From the NCBI GenBank assembly GCA_017520155.1, contig JAFXGR010000047.1, forward strand, positions 5,095 through 69,094: a DNA stretch of 64,000 nt, in the 5' to 3' direction. Position numbers and translations under genes: made by a program. Positions within the stretch are counted from its first letter, which is position 1. Each line of letters opens with the position of its first letter. Source of the DNA: Lachnospiraceae bacterium. Lineage in GTDB: Bacteria; Bacillota; Clostridia; Lachnospirales; Lachnospiraceae. This document shows, one piece after another, positions 59,718-64,000 of this stretch. The notes under the pieces were generated by a model, which was not told where the DNA came from, searched no databases, and saw only the letters and a program-made list of their open reading frames with translations.

Positions 59718-60818
59718 ATGATTAAAAGAATTGACCTTACAAGAGATTATAAAGCACATAAAGAAGAGTATTTAAAAGCCATAGAAGCAGTTTGTGAGGA
59801 AACGGCCTTTTCCGGTGGAAAATATGCGGATGCCTTTGATAAAGAATTTGCTGCCTACTGTCAGGTGCCTTATGCCACCGGTGTCAACAATGGAACTTCT
59901 GCCCTTCACTGTGCCATGGTAGCTTTGGGAATCGGTCCGGGGGATGAAGTAATTGTACCGGCAAATACTTATATAGCAACTGCCTGGGGGGTAACCTACA
60001 GTGGAGCAACTCCCGTATTTGTGGATTGTACTTCGGATACTTGGCAGCTGGATCCGGATAAGATTGAAGAAAAGATCACAGAAAAAACAAAGGCTATTTT
60101 GGGAGTGCATCTGTATGGACAGCCCTTTGAGTACAATAAGATCAATACCATTGCACAAAAATATAATCTGTATTTGGTAGAAGACTGTGCCCAGGCCCAC
60201 GGAGCAATGTATGAAGAAAAGATGGTAGGAGGATTAGGGGATTTAGGATGCTTTAGCTTTTATCCGGGCAAAAATCTTTATGCTTTTGGAGAAGGAGGGA
60301 GTGTCACTTGTCGTAAAAAAGAGCATTACGATACTATTAATGTCATGAAAAATCAGGGATGTGCGATTCGCTATTATCATGATATGATTGGCTATAATTA
60401 CCGTCTGGAAGGACTCCAGGGAGCGGTACTAAGTGTTAGCCTAAAGTATCTTCCACAATGGACTAAACGAAGACAAGAGTTAGGGGAGAGATATTTGAAA
60501 GAAATCACAAACCCTCTTTTTACTCTACAGACACATCCGGGGAATACCACACCGGTATACCATCTCTTTGTGGTGACAGTGGAAAATCCGGAACATTTTC
60601 TGAAATATATGGAAACACAGGGAATCGAATGTAACAGACATTACCCGGTGCCCTGTCATTTGCAAAAGGCTTATCACCATCTGGGATATCAGGTGGGAGA
60701 CTGCCCCAATGCAGAATACCTGGCATCTCATTGTGCCACCCTGCCTTTGTTTCCGGAGATGACGAAAAAAGAGCAGGATGCAGTGATTAAAGCCTGTAAT
60801 GAATATAGAGGGATGTAA
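59718..60818 (+). CDS. DegT/DnrJ/EryC1/StrS-family PLP-dependent sugar aminotransferase
   Basis: GVNNGTSALHCAMVALGIGPGDEVIVPANTYIAT, EDCAQAHGA, FSFYPGKNL (catalytic Lys), GYNYRL. Confidence 0.9.
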   Translation: MIKRIDLTRDYKAHKEEYLKAIEAVCEETAFSGGKYADAFDKEFAAYCQVPYATGVNNGTSALHCAMVALGIGPGDEVIVPANTYIATAWGVTYSGATPVFVDCTSDTWQLDPDKIEEKITEKTKAILGVHLYGQPFEYNKINTIAQKYNLYLVEDCAQAHGAMYEEKMVGGLGDLGCFSFYPGKNLYAFGEGGSVTCRKKEHYDTINVMKNQGCAIRYYHDMIGYNYRLEGLQGAVLSVSLKYLPQWTKRRQELGERYLKEITNPLFTLQTHPGNTTPVYHLFVVTVENPEHFLKYMETQGIECNRHYPVPCHLQKAYHHLGYQVGDCPNAEYLASHCATLPLFPEMTKKEQDAVIKACNEYRGM

Positions 60819-60885
60819 GTATGTGGTAGAGGATTAGATATTTTTTGAAATTAACAAACCGGGAAAGGAAATAGGGAAGTGAAAC

Positions 60886-62415
60886 ATGAAGAAAGATTTG
60901 GAAAGAAAGAAGATAAAATTAAACAAAAATAGAATTAAGAATTTGTCAGAGGAATATGAGGCAGTAATTTTTTGGGTGATTTTATCCTTCTTTATGGTTG
61001 TTTTCCTTGATAAAATGGGAACACTTTTTTCCGGATATCATCTTGTTGATGATCAGAATTACATTAACATTAATAAAGGGTTAATGGTAAATGGGCTTAA
61101 AGAACAGCTGCTTCGTTCTGTACGAGGGGATTTCCATCTGCGTTTTCGCCCTCTTTGGTCCTTTACCCGTGTTTTGGATACCTATTTTTTTATGGATAGC
61201 TATGGGATTTTATCTTTAAAAAATGTGGTAGTAATTACAACATCTTCCTCGCTGTTCTTTTATTACGCCAGAAGAAGGGGAGTTAGCAGAGCTTATGCCA
61301 GCCTTTTGGGATTTTTTACCTTTTTAGGTAATCAGGCGGCTGTTTTATGGAGACTGGGGCCCCAGGAGCCGGTAGGTTTACTTCTTTTTTCCATAGCCTT
61401 GGTAGCAACAGACCTGTTAATAAAGAAAAAAAGCTTTATTAGAAGTAGTTTTTTTGTATTAATATTAATTTTGTTGACTTTACAGAAAGAGGCTTTTTTG
61501 GCCTGTATGCCGGGATTTTATCTACTGTTATTTTCTTCCTTTCTGAAGGAAAGAAAAGAGGAAAAAGTATCCTTCTTTTCTTTATGCGGAAAATTTATTT
61601 TAAAATATAAGATAGAAATTCTTTTATGCATTGCTGTTTTGGCGGCGGAAGCTTATTTTATTACTACGAAAGTCGGGCTTAATTCCATAGAATATGCGGG
61701 TTTCAGTGTGGAGGATGGATTGTTTTACTATTTAGAAGGAATTCTAAGGATTATGCAAGGACCTTTTTTACCCTACCTTCTTTTTCTCTTTACCTTTTTC
61801 CTTTTTTTTCAACAGATATGGAAGAAGGAAGATTTTCATGTGGGAAATCTAATAGAAATATTGTTTCCTGTTTACATCATTTTGATTCAATTGGTAATTC
61901 ATGCTAAAAGTGGAATGTGGGAAAGATATTTGATTCCGGCAGTCATAGGAGTAGCTTATATTGCCATTATATTAGGGCATAAATATTTTCATAAAAATAA
62001 AAGATTGTATTTTGTCTATCTGCAGCTTCTTTTAATTTTTTTGTTAAATCGTGGTTGGAATCTGCCGGCTCAAGCGAAAGATTTTACATTGCAGGCAGAG
62101 AACTTTCAAGAGTTAGTAAGTGATGTTTTAACGAATATAAGTACAGATGACAATATTCTGCTGTGTTCAGACCCTGAAAATCAGGAGATTGACTATTCTT
62201 TTTCTTTGTACCTAGATTATTATCATGGATATGGAAATTTTTCTTATTTGAGTGAATATGAAAATGAAATAGAAGCAATAAAAGAGGCTGATTTGCTATT
62301 TGGTTTACCGGGAACAGTACAGACAAAGATAGCATTAGAAGGGGTTAATAAAGAAGATTATAGAGTACACCAAACTACACATTATGAGATTGCTGTAAAG
62401 GAAGGAACGAACTAA
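60886..62415 (+). CDS. Polytopic membrane protein, GT-C-like (paralog family B, direct copy)
   Basis: FLDKMGTLFSGYHLVDDQNY, RFRPLWSF, WRLGPQEPVG, C-terminal DYRVHQTTHYEIAVK. Confidence 0.55.
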   Translation: MKKDLERKKIKLNKNRIKNLSEEYEAVIFWVILSFFMVVFLDKMGTLFSGYHLVDDQNYININKGLMVNGLKEQLLRSVRGDFHLRFRPLWSFTRVLDTYFFMDSYGILSLKNVVVITTSSSLFFYYARRRGVSRAYASLLGFFTFLGNQAAVLWRLGPQEPVGLLLFSIALVATDLLIKKKSFIRSSFFVLILILLTLQKEAFLACMPGFYLLLFSSFLKERKEEKVSFFSLCGKFILKYKIEILLCIAVLAAEAYFITTKVGLNSIEYAGFSVEDGLFYYLEGILRIMQGPFLPYLLFLFTFFLFFQQIWKKEDFHVGNLIEILFPVYIILIQLVIHAKSGMWERYLIPAVIGVAYIAIILGHKYFHKNKRLYFVYLQLLLIFLLNRGWNLPAQAKDFTLQAENFQELVSDVLTNISTDDNILLCSDPENQEIDYSFSLYLDYYHGYGNFSYLSEYENEIEAIKEADLLFGLPGTVQTKIALEGVNKEDYRVHQTTHYEIAVKEGTN

Positions 62416-62416
62416 C

Positions 62417-62839
62417 GTGAATAAGATCAAAAAAATCTTTCAAATGGAACAGGCCCGGTTCATTATTGTTGGTGTATTGAATACCATCATCGGAACAGCA
62501 GCCATGTTCATTGCTTATAACATCTTTCATATGGGATACTGGATGTCAAGTGCCATGGACTATATTATCGGAAGTATATTCAGCTATTTTGCAAACAAGT
62601 ACTTTACCTTTCAGTCCCATAAAAAATCAGGAAAAGAAGTGATCCGCTTTGTGATCAACATTTTGATATGCTACGTCATTGCCTACTCCGTAGCCAAGCC
62701 GGTAATCTTTACCCTGATGAAAGGAATCTCTTTCTCCGTGTCCCTGATGGAACAGATTAGTATGGTTTTGGGAATGTGCATTTTTATTGTACTGAATTAT
62801 TTTGGACAAAAGTTTTTTGTATTTCGAGATTCCAAATAA
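62417..62839 (+). CDS. gtrA: GtrA-family small membrane protein (polyprenol-phosphate-sugar translocation)
   Basis: 140 aa with 4 TM helices. RFIIVGVLNTIIGTAAMFIAYN and NKYFTFQS match the GtrA-like pattern. GTG start 2 nt after the upstream stop. Confidence 0.8.
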   Translation: MNKIKKIFQMEQARFIIVGVLNTIIGTAAMFIAYNIFHMGYWMSSAMDYIIGSIFSYFANKYFTFQSHKKSGKEVIRFVINILICYVIAYSVAKPVIFTLMKGISFSVSLMEQISMVLGMCIFIVLNYFGQKFFVFRDSK

Positions 62840-62967
62840 TAATAAAGGGTATGGATACAAAGAAGTTTTTGTTGCCTTACTACAGAAGATGGTTTAGGAG
62901 TTATAACATGTATTCTTTTTATTCTAATAAAGCAGAGAGTGAATAAAGTGGTTCTAAGCTAATATTT

Positions 62968-62995
62968 GGGGTAATATTCGTAAGAATGTTACCCC
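62968..62995. terminator. Strong hairpin at a convergent gene junction (possible terminator, no clear U-tract)
   Basis: GGGGTAATATTC (62968-62979), GTAA loop, GAATGTTACCCC (62984-62995). The stem is 12 bp with one mismatch. Confidence 0.35.
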
Positions 62996-63148
62996 ATTAC
63001 TGTAATCAGGAATATTTTCCTTATAGTAGAACAGTTCCCGCTGGTTCTGTAAATTTAATCTGATAAAATCCGTTTCAATAACGGAATGGGTTTTAGGTTC
63101 AAGCATATACAGTTGCTGTTCATAGACCTTGTAGTAGGATATGGATTC

Positions 63149-64000
63149 TTAACTTACTTTGCTTAAGTAGACTCCCAATAAAAGTGGGAGAGTATATATG
63201 ATTGGAAAGGCATATCTTGGCTGCAGATAAATCTGTGGTCCGATTAAAAGAAAGAGAAAGGTGAAAAGCAGAGGTAACAGCGCAAGATATAGACTTCGTT
63301 TTTTATCCTTAAAAATAAAGCAGGATATTATAAAGAAGGTAATAACATAAGAGGAAGCATTGCTAAGAAGACCTATTACAGGAAGCTTACTTAAAAGAGA
63401 ATAATAACTTACCATTACAGTGGTAATACCTTCCATAAATTTGGGAATTTTAAATTGGAGTAAGGCAGGAAGCCCATATTCAATCGTAATTTCATGACCG
63501 ACATAACAGTCTTTGTTATAAACGATATTATCTGTTTTAGGATAAAATATATAATAGTTCTGATTCCAGGTAGCTTCCAGATAACAAAGAGGATCTTGAA
63601 GGAACTGGGAAAACCATATTTTGAAATAAGAGGTCATATCTTCCATAGATGCTGCATGGTAAGTTGTTTTTACCGGATCAGAGGTCATTTCATTGTAGAG
63701 ATAAGGAAGATTATTATAATCCAGTACCTTTCTAAGAACTTCAGCTTCGGCTACCGAAATTTTCTCTTTATGTTCTTTTACAAAACGTGCAGTTTGCTGA
63801 AAGGGCAGAGAAAACATTTCCTTTGGAGAATCCTGTACTACCTCATATTGTTTGGTAATTACAAAACGGATGCTGCTGTTAAGTAATATAGGAAGAAGTA
63901 AAATAGCAAAAAGGAGAATAATCTGCTTATGTCTCAGCACTTTTCTTTTTTTGAAAAAAAAGATGGAAAGAAGCAGGGCAATCGGCAGATAAATGTAAAT
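63149..64000 (-). CDS. Polytopic membrane protein, C-terminal part (5' end outside the window)
   Basis: The listed ORF starts at a GTG (63940), but the minus-strand frame stays open to nt 64000 (IYIYLPIALLLSIFFFKKRK upstream). It has TM helices flanking a ~190-aa loop domain. Likely another extracytoplasmic glycan-modifying membrane protein. Confidence 0.5.
   Translation of the reverse strand: MYIYLPIALLLSIFFFKKRKVLRHKQIILLFAILLLPILLNSSIRFVITKQYEVVQDSPKEMFSLPFQQTARFVKEHKEKISVAEAEVLRKVLDYNNLPYLYNEMTSDPVKTTYHAASMEDMTSYFKIWFSQFLQDPLCYLEATWNQNYYIFYPKTDNIVYNKDCYVGHEITIEYGLPALLQFKIPKFMEGITTVMVSYYSLLSKLPVIGLLSNASSYVITFFIISCFIFKDKKRSLYLALLPLLFTFLFLLIGPQIYLQPRYAFPIIYTLPLLLGVYLSKVS

Noticed and set aside
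1-64000. Defence islands, prophage, CRISPR arrays, transposons or integrative elements.
   Set aside because: No nuclease, integrase, transposase or Cas-like motifs are present. No direct-repeat/spacer arrays or tRNA attachment sites were seen. Every long ORF has a glycan-assembly or membrane-protein signature.

Overview
The window is one almost uninterrupted, AT-rich cell-surface glycan biosynthesis super-locus. About 50 tightly packed and often overlapping genes are present. All are on the + strand except three inverted genes at 19404-20633, 34219-35742 and 63149-64000. AGGAG-type ribosome-binding sites, GTG/TTG starts and base composition suggest a low-GC Firmicute, probably Clostridia-like (inference only). 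I see no rRNA, tRNA, CRISPR, transposase, integrase or phage genes.

Content by class:
- Roughly 28 glycosyltransferases: GT2 x9, GT4 x6-7, GT11-superfamily x7, plus GT17-, GT13-, GT32-, GT26-, GT-D- and DUF5672-like proteins.
- Three MsbA/PglK-type fused ABC exporters, one Wzx flippase and two Wzy-like polymerases.
- One GtrA-like and one DUF2304-like small membrane protein.
- Three polyprenol-phosphate-type GT2s.
- At least nine large polytopic GT-C-like membrane proteins, falling into paralog families.
- Modifying enzymes: a pyruvyl transferase, an O-acyltransferase, a DegT aminotransferase, an FAD oxidoreductase, a GH88/105-like hydrolase, and a NeuA-like cytidylyltransferase next to an aldolase-DUF115 fusion.

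Notable oddities:
- Two domain fusions, GT2-GT11 and GT26-GT4.
- A GT11 gene split by a single in-frame TAG.
- Tandem and inverted paralogs.
- Five G7/C7 tracts inside transferase genes.
- A candidate non-canonical ulosonic-acid module.

No initiating phosphoglycosyltransferase, chain-length regulator or GDP-fucose/dTDP-rhamnose synthesis gene is visible. All family assignments come from motif recognition by eye and need HMM or structure confirmation.
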